Positions 13,243 to 26,849 of a DNA stretch of 64,000 bases are shown here, piece by piece. A program made the translations under genes and the position numbers. The stretch is from Octopus vulgaris (lineage: Eukaryota). Every line of letters starts with the position of its first letter. Position 1 is the stretch's first letter. The notes beneath the pieces are model-generated. The model was given only the letters and a program-made list of their open reading frames with translations, was not told where the DNA came from and searched no databases. Location of the stretch: assembly GCA_951406725.2 (NCBI GenBank), contig OX597821.1:76260001-76324000 (forward strand), given 5' to 3'.

Positions 13243-13469
13243 TTCTTTACTACCCACAAGGGGCTAAACACAGAGGGGACAAACAAGGACAGACATAGGT
13301 ATTAAGTCGATTACATCGACCCCAGTGCGAAACTGGTACTTTATTTATCGACCCCGAAAGGATGAAAGGCAAAGTCGACCTCGGCGGAATTTGAACTCAG
13401 AACGTAGCGGCAGACGAAATACCGCTAAGCATTTCGCCCGGCGCGCTAACGTTTCTGCCAGCTCGCCGC
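13243..13469 (-). mobile_element. SINE family B monomer
   Basis: Minus: gcggcgagctggcagaaacgttagc...gttctgagttcaaattccgccgaggtcgac; many copies in the window. Confidence 0.85.
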
Positions 13470-13616
13470 ATATATATATATGTATGTATGTATGTATGTA
13501 TATATACTGTATACATACATACATTATGTATGTATGCATGTATGTATGCATGCATGTATGTATGTATGTATGTATGTATGTATGTATGTATGTATGTATG
13601 TATGCATGTGTACATA

Positions 13617-14395
13617 TCCAGGGGTTGAACATAATAATAGAAACACCTTGAAATTTTTAACAAATTTATTTTAAATGGAGTAGGACCGCCTTTGGCAGTA
13701 ATTACAGCATGCATTCTATGAGGTATAGTCTCGTAAAAGTTTGAATTATTTCCAAAGGAATGTTTGTTTATTCTTCAACTAAAACAGTCTCCAGGTTCTT
13801 GTAGGGATGAGGGTGGAGATTATCGACTCATTGTTTTTTTCTAAAATGCACCGTAAAAGTTCAATAATATTGAGATCTGGGGACTGTGGTGGCCAGATAA
13901 GATGTTCAATTTCACTAGAATGTTCCTCGTGCCATTCAGTATCAACTTTAACTGTGTGAATTGGTGCATTATCATCCTGAAAGATTGCGTTTCCCTCCGG
14001 AAACAGTTCCGCAACCGTAGGAGGAATTTGATCAGATAAAATATTTAAATAGCCTTGGCTATTAATTCTACCATGAAGGGAAACCATTGGGCCGGCGGAT
14101 TTTCAAGATATAGCCGCCACCCTCACCCCAGATCATCACAGATCCTCCTCCATGTTTAACAGTTGGAAGAAGGCAGTCTGGGTCAAAAGCTTCTTTTGGT
14201 TGTCCCCACACGTATACTCAGCCGGTGGTGGGAAATAAGGTAAAAGATTACTCGATGACTCGTCCGAGAAAGTAACATACTTCGACTGCTCTAGGGACCA
14301 ATTCTATTGGCCTTTACTCCACTCTAAACGCTTTGCAACTCTTTTTATTTTTATTTTTTTAAGTAGTGGATTTCGGATTCACATTCGCTGAAATC
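13617..14395 (-). mobile_element. Tc1 (DD34E) transposon 3' remnant with one TIR
   Basis: ORF 13779-14087 has IFQDDNAPIH and WPPQSPDLNIIE; TIR-like caggggttgaacataataatagaaacacc at ~13619. Confidence 0.9.
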
Positions 14396-14399
14396 ATGC

Positions 14400-14485
14400 G
14401 AAATAGCCTGAAACAGAAAAGACCCACGAAACTCTGTTTCCCGAAACAGTTTCCCGGTGACCCAACGGGTCACGGGTAGTCTAGT
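14400..14485 (+). mobile_element. Helitron-like 3' end
   Basis: GC-rich hairpin gtgaccc aac gggtcac followed shortly by CTAGT. Confidence 0.5.
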
Positions 14486-14487
14486 AT

Positions 14488-14807
<320 letters not shown>

Positions 14808-14993
14808 ACACTATGTATAGGGTTAGTGCATAATTAACAAATGCTATGTAATTTAATTTACAACAGTTTTAAAATATAAAAAAACTGTCGTTAATTATGA
14901 CCCAACCAAATATATATATGTGCACACACACTGTGTGTTTGAGAGTGGGTGTGAGTGGGTGTGTGTGTGTTTGGATACGTAAATGTGCATACA

Positions 14994-15027
<34 letters not shown>

Positions 15028-15037
15028 CATAAGGTTG

Positions 15038-15260
15038 TACGAGAGGGTGTTGAAACGTTCCTCGCTTTATGGGTGTCGTGAAAGGCCTGGTTGGAGGCCC
15101 AACTTTCCGAGTTCTTTTACAGGGCTTGGGAAAACTGAAGGACCGTGGCAATAAGTGTGTGAATCTGAGAGGGGAATATGTTGATTAAAATCATAATTAA
15201 CTGATCCTCCTGTATTTTCTTTTACTCAAAACCAGGAACTTTTCAGCCCCTCCCCTCATA
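15038..15260. mobile_element. Mariner-derived MITE
   Basis: tacgagagggtgttgaaacgttcctcgcttt ... aaaaccaggaacttttcagcccctcccctcata; imperfect TIRs with TA ends. Confidence 0.65.
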
Positions 15261-15447
15261 TGTATTCCCACATAAATATAGATGTTGCTTTATAACACAT
15301 AATACTACGATAGTCACCATGAGAGAAGCGGGGATAAATATTACCTTCTGGGGCTAATATCGCTCCTATCGCAAATGATTATTCTATAAGCATACGTATA
15401 TGTGTGTGTGGGTGAATACATATATATACATACATAGATACATATGA

Positions 15448-15500
<53 letters not shown>

Positions 15501-15518
15501 TCATATGTATCTATGTGT

Positions 15519-15558
<40 letters not shown>

Positions 15559-16184
15559 TTGTGCGTATGTATGTATGTATGTATGTATGTATGTATGTAT
15601 GTATGTATGTATATGAAAAAAACCAAAGGCGTGGTAAGTTTACCCGTTTTGTCAATACATTTGTACAGCAGTTTCATTTATAAATACCACAGCTGTATGA
15701 ATTTTCCTTCCATTCAAATTACATCATGAAGCCATCAGAGATTATTTATATAACAAACAAACAAAAAAATCAGATCATCACAGATATTTTCCACAGAGTC
15801 CGAGTTTTATGGTGATTAAAGTCAAAGAATTTATCTAAACTAATTTGGCAGTCTATAGAGTGGGATGTTTCGTAGAAATATCGATGATATGATGTTAAGT
15901 TTATTAAAACGACTGCGTTCTACAAGAAAGAACAAAGCGTTTACGAAAAACATAGAAACCTCCTCGAAAGTTTCATTTTGTTATAGTCATTTTTTTCGAC
16001 TGACCTAAATTAGATATTTAATACTTAACAACACATAAATGCACCTCAACATTAAGATACTGGCGTTACAGATACATATAAATACATTGATATACACATA
16101 TATTTATAAACAAAGCTGTACCGAAATACCTATATGTACATATGTAATTATACAGACACACACACACACACGCACACACACACA

Positions 16185-16220
<36 letters not shown>

Positions 16221-16331
16221 CAAGCACACGCAAGCATATTACACAAAACCTTAAATTTTATGTACACACATACATTTACATATATACACAAACACGTATA
16301 TACATGTGTGTGTGTATCACTACGCACACTC

Positions 16332-16376
<45 letters not shown>

Positions 16377-16600
16377 CAAAAGGGTAATAATATAGATTAC
16401 TACCAGTGGCCCAGCACAAAGGACGAATTAGTCATTAGACAAAATATTATTCATATAGAAAAATATTATTCATGTAGAAATATAATTAAGGGCTCCTAAA
16501 TAAGTATGCCAAGTGCTAGGGACACAAAAAAGGGATAAATTTATCGAGAGTGAAAATCAACTATTTATATATATAGTTGTCCGGGTGTCCCATTTTGTAT

Positions 16601-16634
<34 letters not shown>

Positions 16635-16763
16635 ATTAAGGGTATCTAAGAGATACCACCATGCTAGATATAGCGGCCAAAACTTGACTCTAAAATCACA
16701 TTAAATGTTCATACAGCACCAGGAAAGAAGACAAAATAAACTAGCAAAAAATTACTGCATAAT

Positions 16764-16818
16764 TCCTGATGCCGGATTTCTGGCTTTGCATAAGAAATGC
16801 TTTACCTTCATGAGTGGA
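16764..16818 (-). ncRNA. Degenerate HHR motif (CTCATGA core)
   Basis: tcca-CTCATGA-aggt...gcca-GAAA-TCCGGCA-TC-agga; inside a (TA)n-flanked unit. Confidence 0.45.
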
Positions 16819-17016
16819 ATATATGCAGGTATCACATAAATTTATATATATATATATATATACATATATATTTATATAAATCTTTAGTTAAATATAATCA
16901 ATGAGAATATTATATACTGAATATATATTGAGTGCTCTATTGCATCAAAGTATGAATACTATTAAAGTATTTATATATTTAATACGAGCGATATTATATA
17001 TATATATATATATATA

Positions 17017-17511
17017 TAGTGAAGGAAGAAATGGAGCCGAACGAAGATTCTACAAAATTCCTTTTTATTATTTTCTACACATGTTTCAAAGGCTGCAAAT
17101 TCCCAAATTCGGATTGAATAAGGAGACCATTCTGCAGCTTTCTCTTACCATGGGCTCTTAGGGAGCGTTTTGTTCGAAAAGCTTGCTGCGCATTTGTTTT
17201 GAGATTTTAAATTCCTGGATTTTCCTGAAGAGAAAGCTGCAGAATGGTCTCCTTATTCAATCCGAATTTGGGAATTTGCAGCCTTTGAAACATGTGTAGA
17301 AAATAATAAAAAGGAATTTTGTAGAATCTTCGTTCGGCTCCATTTCTTCCTTCACTAAATATATAAAACTTCAATTATCCGCGCTGAAGCACGGGGGCGA
17401 AACCCCATGGTCGTAACCTCAACCGTGTCTTTTCTGGTGTGATTTTTGCTACACAGGTATCGGTTAAATTTTGAATAATCCGTAACAAGATAATTCATTT
17501 ATCCATTTCAT

Positions 17512-17516
<5 letters not shown>
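17017..17516 (+). mobile_element. Fold-back HHR mini-element in (TA)n with 130-bp inverted arms
   Basis: 17017-17146 is the reverse complement of 17228-17357; 3' tail (~17440-17510) resembles ~34258-34338. Confidence 0.9.
17220..17303 (+). ncRNA. Minimal type I HHR motif, intact core
   Basis: ttttc-CTGAAGA-gaaagctgcag...tgcagccttt-GAAA-CATGTG-TA-gaaaa; 5-bp stem I, GUA site. Confidence 0.8.
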
Positions 17517-17549
<33 letters not shown>

Positions 17550-17594
17550 ATGAAATGGATAAATGATATATGGATAAATAATAAATGGATAAAT

Positions 17595-17650
<56 letters not shown>

Positions 17651-17827
17651 ATATTATTATTAATATCAGGAAATCAATATTAGAAAATTCTTCAGAAAGA
17701 TATATACGTGTGTGAAATAATTGGTGTATTAAAAATATAAATATGTATAAAAATATATGTAAATATGTATAAGTATGAATATATAATGTATATGACAGTT
17801 TAAAAGTTTTGAATTAAGTATTTAAAG

Positions 17828-17919
17828 CATCTTACGATCGTTTCCCAGAAGTGCTGTCCCTATAATGAAATCCTCTATTGATAAGCACTTATAGACAACT
17901 CTTCTGCTCTTCAGAGATG
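17828..17919 (-). ncRNA. Minimal type I HHR motif, intact core
   Basis: catct-CTGAAGA-gcagaag...cttctgg-GAAA-CGATCG-TA-agatg; 5-bp stem I, perfect stem III palindrome. Confidence 0.8.
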
Positions 17920-18063
17920 TAAAATTTAAATTTTGTAAATCATATCGAATAGTAGTTTCTTTTTTTTTTTTAATTTGAAGTAATACTATGGTGTTTGTTT
18001 GAAATATAAATTAAAAATTAAAAATTACTGCTTTTTATGAGTCTTTAAATCCATATGGATCAT

Positions 18064-18114
<51 letters not shown>

Positions 18115-18139
18115 CACTCATACACATATATATCTTATC

Positions 18140-18289
18140 TTTTATCTGTCACATATTTCAGTCATTAGAGTGCGGCCATGCTGGGGCACAGCCTTCAAAA
18201 AATCTATAGTCGAATGAATCGACCCCAGTTCTTACTTTTTGCTAAGACTGTACAATATGTTTGAGTATATACATACATACATACATACG

Positions 18290-18341
<52 letters not shown>

Positions 18342-18430
18342 CTTTGTAAACCTAGTTCTTATTCTATCGATGTCTATTACCGAACGGGTAGCTTACGGGG
18401 ACATAAACACACCAGCATCGATAGTCAAGC
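18140..18430 (-). mobile_element. 3' part of SINE family A, split by a (TA)n run
   Basis: cagtcattagagtgcggccatgctggggcac...gaatcgaccccag...taaacacaccagcatcg match the family A 3' half. Confidence 0.7.
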
Positions 18431-18445
18431 GATACATACACACAA

Positions 18446-18482
<37 letters not shown>

Positions 18483-18488
<6 letters not shown>

Positions 18489-18663
18489 CAATATAACATG
18501 TGACAATTATTCGGTTGCCATGATAAAACTCCGAGTTTTCGGATGTCGGGGCGGAAACATGAACCGGAATCTCTTCAGTTATTGATGCAGGTTTCCGCCC
18601 CGACCTCCGAAACTCGGAGTTTTATCATGGCAACCGAATAATTGTCACATTATATTACAAATA
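18483..18663. mobile_element. Fold-back mini-element next to (TA)n with ~75-bp arms and a half HHR core in the loop
   Basis: 18483-18558 vs 18591-18663 are inverted; CTGAAGA on the minus strand at 18572-18578. Confidence 0.75.
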
Positions 18664-19259
18664 AATGCCTCTACTTACAGAATATATTCTGGATATGATA
18701 GGGCTATATGATGGAAAACTCAAAACTGAAATCGTCAACAATGTTTTCAACAAAATAATTTTTAGTTGGTTGCATCTAACCTTGGTTTAGTACGATGCTG
18801 GCTTTCATGTCCCGACACAAAGAAAAGTGAGGGCTGTGCTATGGACAAAAATATCATAGTAACATAAATCCTATTTGGCATCGTTAGAGTAAACAATGCT
18901 ACCGAAATCATTGCGATCTCTAGTCTACAGCTTTTATTTGGAATGTCTCTCTACAGACTCTCTGTGTATAGATACGGTATATGTGTATGTATATATGTGT
19001 ATATGAATAGTATATGTGAATACATATATATTTGGAGCGAAGTAACCTTTACTTGTCTGTTTGTTTGAATGCATATATTTATTGAGGGGTAGAATTTGAA
19101 AACATGATGTTAATATTTTTGATATTGAGTGATATCAAAACTGCTAAATTTTTTCCTTCCTCGTGGGATATGAACATATAACCTCGCAAAGCCGATGTTC
19201 CCTGAACTTTCTTGCAAGTTCTAGCAATTATTTATAAAGTTGTGTTAACAATTATATAT

Positions 19260-19473
19260 TCTTTTCTACTCTAGGCACAAGGCCCGAAATTTTGGGGGAG
19301 GGTGCCAGTCGATTAGATTGACCACAGTACGCAAATGATACTTAATTTATCGACTCCGAAGGAATGAAAGGCTAAGTCGACCTCGGCGTAATTTAAACTC
19401 AGAGCATAAAGACAGACGAAATACCGCTATGCATTTCGCCCGGCGTGCTAATGATTCTGCCTGCTCGCCGCCT
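19260..19473 (-). mobile_element. SINE family B monomer with alternative 3' tail
   Basis: Same body as 13243-13469; tail cttttctactctaggcacaaggcccgaaattt. Confidence 0.85.
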
Positions 19474-20972
19474 TTAAAACTGCTGAAAGTGCCAGGGTTT
19501 TAATGGCTTCGATGCGATTTTTAGAGTTGAGTTCAGTTTTTAGTATTAGACTTATTCTCCAGTAATATTCCTTTCTTATTTTTCCCTTCATAGTAGCATG
19601 TTGTATACCATCACCGTTTATCCCCAGGTATTATATATTATACTAGAAGCAGGGCTGGGTTAAAACCCATAGAGGCCATAATCACTTAAAAGATTCTGGT
19701 GCCACCATATATATGTATGTAATTCAATATATGAACAATAATAAACCATGAAATATTTTTCAATTTTTCAAAATGAGACAAAATTAACAGCAAGACGGAA
19801 AATCATCTTTATTTTTGCACGCTTCCACTTTATATTTGAAAAGCTTTATCCTTTTCTTTAATCGCAATTCCTCAAAATTAATATTACATAAAACAGTAAA
19901 TTTAAGCTGATTTCTTTTGTGCCGTAAACAATGTACCATTCTTATGGTGCCCCCTTTCATTTGATGCCTTAAGCTCGTACTTATTTTACATAACTAGAAA
20001 TATCAAATGCTAACTAAAGTCTAGGAATACCATGCGCGCACTCACGTACACACGCACGTGCACACACACACAGTGTGAGAGAGAATGATGGGAAGAAGGA
20101 ACTGGATTTAACCTATAAGGTTGACACTTTATCACGGAGCATTTAGTGGCTAAGTTAGTGCTTAACGGCGTCACTACATTCATCAAAGCTACAGCCATTT
20201 TGCTCAATTCCGTTCACTTGCCTTTCTTGTGAAAACTAAAGATTATTTGTTTGATTTGGTGAGTATAGCATTAAGATTCCTTGTGTTGGTGCCTTAACTT
20301 CAGAATAATCTTGATCCTATGTTAAATTTCATTCCATTCTACGATTATCTCGTCTTTGTGTCATGCATCCAGGAATACGTTATCTAATCTTCTTCAATTG
20401 TTTAAGAAAAGGGAGATTTGGCTGCTATTCCTAAGAGATTTAATGACCTTGTACAGGGTTTCTTCTCCGTTTGTGCTTGCAATGAGTGATATAGAAAGGG
20501 ACAAAGGCTTAACTGCTTGTCTGAGCCCTTTTTTTTCTGCGGTGAATTTATATTCATGTCTAGTTTTCATGCTGTTTATTTCAACTTTCATGTCGTTCAA
20601 GGCAACAATCCATTCAAAAGAGGAAACACTCCGAAAAACAGACATCTTATCCTGCTTATAATTGGCTTCCATTTCATAAAAGAATGTTCAGAATTCAAGT
20701 ATTAAGAACCGACCACGTAGTTCGGAGTAACTATACCTCGAGCAGTCACACAAGAAGATATATTTTGAATATTTTCCTGATGTTGACATATTTATCTCAT
20801 TTTCTTTCGTATATTTATTTCTTATTTCATTTCTTGTTTATTTCATTTTATTTCTAGATATTTCACTTCAGTTGACCACTTTTCTTCTGTACCGATAATG
20901 TAGGTTACTTACGATAGATTAGTATTATGTCAATGAAAGGATTTATTTCTTATATATATATATATATATATA

Positions 20973-22080
20973 TAGTCGTGGGTTTCAGTTATACGAAATG
21001 GGGTCATTTGTAAGAGCTACGGGTGCTGAGTAAACGCCTCCCACTGTGTGGGGTCAGGAAGAGGGATTTTTCCAGTCGTAGTAAAACTGTTTTTGCTTGA
21101 GCTGCTGCAGCGCAACAAAAAAGGAATTATTTGTGGTAACTGAGGCAGTAAGTTTTCGTAATGTATGATGTGCACCGATATACTTAACAGAAATGGTTAT
21201 AGTCCCTTGCCAAGCGGTTTCTGCTGGTCAGGTTTGAAAATGGGCTGCTAGGGATAGTAGCTCCGATTAATTATCTGCCTTGAAGCTCTACAGAGTCAGG
21301 GCTGTTAGGAACATTTCGTAAGATGCAGATATAAATTTGGAGAACTCGGTTAGAGAGTTCAAGATTACACAGTTCAGAGAGAGTTACAGTCTGGCAGAGT
21401 TTGGATTTGGAGGGAATATACACATCAAGAATTCTTACAGCATCTGTGAGTCAGCCTAGAATGCGTGAAGGGGATGAAACTAGATTAGTATTGAGGATTG
21501 ACGGTTTATATATCGGTGGCATCACTTCAGATGGATGTGAGCGTCAAGGAGAATTTTGAACAATCGAGACGATGACTTCAGAGAGAGATGAAGTAGATAT
21601 GCACCCTCGATGCAAGAGAAAATATGGTGGAAGACTTGATGATGGTTCAAGGGGATTGGGAGCAGATATATTGAATAAAAGTGATGGGGTTTGAGCCAGA
21701 GAAACTTGAAGTCTTTGTTGCTGATCCTCAGTTGAAAGAGGTAAGGGCCAGGGAAAGTGAAATGTATGAATGTGCAGACCCCATTTTCGGAGTAAAGTTT
21801 GAGTAAAGAACGTAGCTTAAACAGCAGGATAGAGGCTGAGAGAACTGTGTCTTGGAGAGAGACAGGATTGTGTAGGCTGCATGTTAGAAGAGGTTAGTAA
21901 GAGGTGGTCTAGATTAGATCAGAGTCCAAAACCAACGGGTTTAGTATTAGCTTTGGCGTCTTGGAGAAATGAAATGGGTTTAAATATATGTTGAGCGTCT
22001 AGATATAACTCATTAGTCTTCGTAACTGTCTGGAAGAGGTAGAAAATCTTATAAATTAACTGCAGGAGGTTAGCGTCTGT
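20973..22080 (-). mobile_element. Possible highly decayed Penelope-like coding remnant
   Basis: Starts at a (TA)n run. Broken minus-strand peptides TIFSLASRV (thumb-like) and LTSRNRLARDYNH (GIY-YIG-like); CTAATGA near 22010. By-eye similarity only. Confidence 0.3.
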
Positions 22081-24152
22081 CTACCAGGAAATAATATTGA
22101 ATTAATTTCGTTTTTTTTCATATATGAATACTTTGTAAATATACAAAAACCTTCGATACTATCAATCAAAAGAAATAAATTCAATAGTGCGGATATTTAC
22201 AAAATACCCCTTATGTATCTAACAGTATACAACAGTAAATTGTCCGATTGTCTTGCCGAGTAACTTAACTAAACGCCTGTTCTTCTAACAAATTAATCAG
22301 ATTTTGCACGTAAAGGAAGAGAGATGACTATAACCAACGAAAACCTAGATATAATCAACTCTCATCATTGAGATCGATATTCTATAGCAAACGTCATGAG
22401 AAAAGTAAACTTCGCTTACTCACCACATAACTCTATCCGTCCGTCCTCACCATACAAATCGCATAATACTAACTGTGATTTAGTGTTTATTTTTATGAAT
22501 AGAATTTTTTCTAAGAACTAATTAATAATTGAATAAGTTTAGCTTATTAATTACGGGCTGCTACGGTAGCAATACACAGTAAATTTGTAGGAGGTCCGAG
22601 CCGTGAATCTAAATTCATCTCAGTTTATGACTGGTGCTTATCTCATAAACCCTTGAAAAAGGAAAAGAAATGTCGACTTCGTAAAAGATTTGAATTCAAA
22701 GCGGCAAAACATGAATAAGATTAATTAATGTAACTCATTAATTCCAAGACCTGTTACTCCTGCCATATCATTGCAGTTCTTTAACTGTTAATTATCTAGT
22801 ATTTCATAAATTATGTTAACTGAAAATAGTTTAGATATTTTTAATTGAATCAAATCGAAACAGAATCATTTGTGACCACGATTACTGTTATTAAGTTCTT
22901 TTTATTCGGAACGTACGTCTGTTCGGACATCTACACAATTTCTGGAGGATTTGGTTTTATTACTCCGACTAAGAATCGAAGCCTGTTTAGTTATTTACTT
23001 CTATTGTAAAACCCAGAATTTCAAAATGATTAATGATAAATATTGGTTTCAGTGATACCCAATATTTCGTAAAGCACAAGACTTCATGTATACATCAGAG
23101 GGAGTAAAAATATTTCTTATATAAACCAGAAGACTTTAAGGCAATCCTCAAGAATATTAGTGACATAAATAACTGCAAACGGTAACCATTACGAAGTCAC
23201 TTTCCAAGTGTTTATCTCTCAAACACCGTGATTATCATTATTAATTATATTTTAATGTTTTGTATTCTGGTCTTAATGTTGCGATAAAACATTTTGTGAT
23301 CAGAGACATCTCCACCCAACAGCAGTCATTAAAGGTATCTCCACCCACCATTATATTCACTTCATTGGTTGAAGGAACAGATTTTGCGACATCCACGCTT
23401 TTCTCAAATAAGTTAAGAGAAAAAGGGAAATAGCTATCACTAGTGATAGAACCACGGTCAAAACTCGATTTGTCGATAATGTGTCCTCTACAGCTGTACA
23501 ACGTTTGTTTTATAAACTAAAGCTACAATTAGTGAAAGACTCACTTTTTTGTTAGATATATTGATTTTTGTTCATTGTGCGCAGAGAGAGTTATAGCATT
23601 TTGACATTCAAGCTTTTTCCAAAGTGGTGTACATGAAAAGTTTCGATGAGAAATCAAAACCAAATTGTGAACACAGCTCGCAAAGTACTTGTGTTTTGTT
23701 TTAAATTTCTGAGTTGAACTGAAATAGTTTTAATCGTATAAGATGCCAATATAGATTCCTATTAAATTTCTATTCTTATCTTTGAGTTCTTTTATGGAAT
23801 ATCCAGTAGACGTTTTGTTGGTTAAACTATTTCTTGACTGAAGTAGAATATTTAAAATTAAAGAACTTATTTTTAACATCTGAAATATATATATTCTCAA
23901 ATATTAACACATTTTTCTTTCTTCATTTAAATTGTTTTGTTTTGTTTTTTGTTGTATTCACCCTTTATTTTAAATTACATTTGATTTTTTAAACGTTTGT
24001 AAAAGAAGCCAAAATTCCAACACAAAGTAAAGACACGAGCTTATTTCTCCATTACTTTAAAGAATAAAACAGACCAATACAGTGGATAAATCAACAATGT
24101 TATTTGTTTAGTATATTTAAAAGAGGAAAATAAAAAATAAAAGTTGTCTTAC

Positions 24153-24960
24153 CAATTTCCCATGTGACCGAGTTCTCTGTACAATAAAATCCATTGGTTA
24201 ATTTCTGACCATCGGCTTATCGACCTTTGCAATGACGTCTTTTTTCTTCCTTTTCTTTTTCGTTTTTCTTCTCCTATCGACAAGCAAGTGAACATCAGTG
24301 AATATCAAGATTGTGGTGAGGGTTATCTTCAAGTCGAATGTTTAGTCCTCTGGATTAGATAGAATTGAATAGAGTCCTGACCAATCTATCGCCCCAATAT
24401 GTTTCTTGAGCAACGAAGCCTCGATGAAATAATCATCGTTTAATTTTGAGTTGTACTGGTAAAGAAACAACACATATTCACGGGGACACATTTCACACGC
24501 TATCTTATTACGAAGATTACACAAGTCTTACAATGAGCAACAAAAACAGAGTTCATTTAAATATTTCTTATAAATGGTTTTCTCCACCACCGCCGCCAAC
24601 AACACCACCGTACCGTCTCTCCTTCTTCTTCTTCTTCTTCTTCTTCTTCTTCTTCTTCTTTTTCTTTCCTCTCTCCCTTTCTCCCTCATATATTATTCTC
24701 TCTCTTTCTTATTCATTTAACCTACTTCCTTTTGTTAAGTTATTTTTCTTTGTTTTCTCTCTCTTTTTTTCTGATTTTAAGCCTTCTTGTCGACCTTACT
24801 TTATTTCACTCTATCCCCACCTCTCTCTCTCTCCCTTTTTTCGCTGTTTCCCTCCCTCCTTCGATTTCTATCTCTCTTAAGCTCACTCGCTCTCACTCTC
24901 TGCTCCATTTTCCCGTCGGCAAGCTCAGTCAAACTAGCCACAAGCTGGATAAGCCAACAC
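24153..24960 (-). other. Candidate first exon (long 5' UTR plus short coding start) of a host gene
   Basis: Consensus donor TTG|GTAAG at 24153/24152; ATG at 24194 gives MDFIVQRTRSHGKL; unique sequence with a purine-rich leader. No downstream exon confirmed. Confidence 0.3.
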
Positions 24961-25954
24961 GTTGTGCCCGTCCTCTTACAATCCAGAATGTTATGTCAGT
25001 GAGGTTTTCAAATCTGCATTGTAAATAGTGTATTGTATTCGCCAGCCTAATACTGAATCTAATATACGGAAATGCATATATTGGAACGTTTCAATGAATA
25101 CATGTCCATAATTTGTTGCATGTTTTTTTTTTTTCATTTATTCAGTAAAATGGGCGTGCAGATATACATACTAACAACAGTGAGTGATACATCGACTAGT
25201 CTGGCGGTTACCAAATCTGAAGAGTGAGACGGGGAGAAGGCGAGTTAAAACAGTTCAGCGTCCGCGGTAAAAGATAAGTTTAAGGAATTCATCTATGCAC
25301 TGAAAAATTTTGTGGGGGGTCACAGAAAATTAGATTTGAATAAAAGTAGTAAAGAGGGCGAGAATTTTAGAGATAGATGAGAGAGTAGAGGGAAAGAAAT
25401 TATACAAAGGGGAAGGGCTATCAAATTGACTGAGAGAGTGAAAGGAAGGTTGAATTCATAAACACGTCATAATGATCGGCAACTAAATGATATGCCAGTG
25501 AAAATCGAAATGTATGCAGTAATGAAACAAATGAGTTTAAGAGCTAACAAATAAGGTATATCCATCATCTTTACTCATGATTACTAATCTACTAATTTAA
25601 TATACATATATGTTAAATATATCCTCCTGATCGCACATACTTGCGTGAGCACACACACACACACACGCACACACACACACGTACACACACACACAAGACC
25701 AGGCGCATACATACTCGTATATGCTTTGACAAACATGTACGTATGTCTGTGTGCAGACGCCGCATGAAAATATATGCTTATATGAATATGTATAAAGGGT
25801 ACGTACAGTGTCCATTTGTCGGCAAAATGGCTCGCATCAGAATTACACTCGGATATTTTCGCTTCTTTACATTAACTCATATTTAATTCATAACTGCATT
25901 GCCAATGTTTATTTCAACTTACTTTTAACGCAGTCTTTACAAATACTATTATTA

Positions 25955-26004
<50 letters not shown>

Positions 26005-26849
26005 TATTCTTGCTTTTCGTTCTTGTTTCCGTTATTATTGTGTTTTGAGACAGCCAAACGTGTTTCATCTTGCTCCCTATATCGTGTATTTTTATCAAGT
26101 GAAACTATGTGCGAAAAATGCTCAATGCAGAATTTCTAAATAACTGGGTAGGGATGTTAATTAATTGCATTAATTTTTCTTCTAATAGAGTTAGGGGAAA
26201 ATGACTTTAATTTGCTAAGAAAAAGGTTTGTTTGTTTTTTTGTGTTTTGCTTTTTTTTTTTTCTAAACAAGCAAAATGACTACAACATACAGAAGCATCC
26301 CTGCTTAAGCAAAAGTCGTAAGCATGTTTTTACAGAAAATAAATAGAAAAGAGGAATAAAATAATCGAATTTATCAGGAGAATATATTTACTTGACAACG
26401 AGAAAAAATATTTTGTGATAAAAAATAACATCATTTTGAACAATGCAAATGAAACCCATAACGAACGATAATAACAAAAAAGGTTTGTTTGCTTCAAGAC
26501 AAAAAAATATTTCTACTATCGACGCAAGGCCTGGAAATATCAAACAAAAAATAATAGAAACAAGGATAATACACAAGCCTACCGATAGACCAACCACCGC
26601 AACAATAGCAACAACTGCAACCACTATACCAACAAAATCACAGCAACAAAAATTCACTACAAGGACAGCAGTAACAATGTTTGCCGCAACCACAAGAAAA
26701 CCCGTAAAAGAACCTCAACAACAGTTACAACAGAACAAAAGCAGTAACAACGAATACAACTTGAGATCGAAAAAATCCCTGCATCAAAAGTAGTAGCAGC
26801 AGGAACAGAAACAACAATACAGAGGCGAAGACTTCGATTCCATCGTTCT

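Noticed and set aside
20394-20672. 92-aa minus ORF
   Set aside because: No recognisable motif or splice context; its end overlaps a repeat-like gagatttggctgctatt segment.
23241-23879. Protein-like minus ORF and a TTTCAG acceptor at 23880 as exon 2 of the candidate gene
   Set aside because: The frame from the acceptor stops after ~50 codons, neighbouring frames are also interrupted and no family was recognised.
26388-26793. T/Q-rich and antisense hydrophobic ORFs
   Set aside because: Decayed (CAA)n low-complexity sequence.
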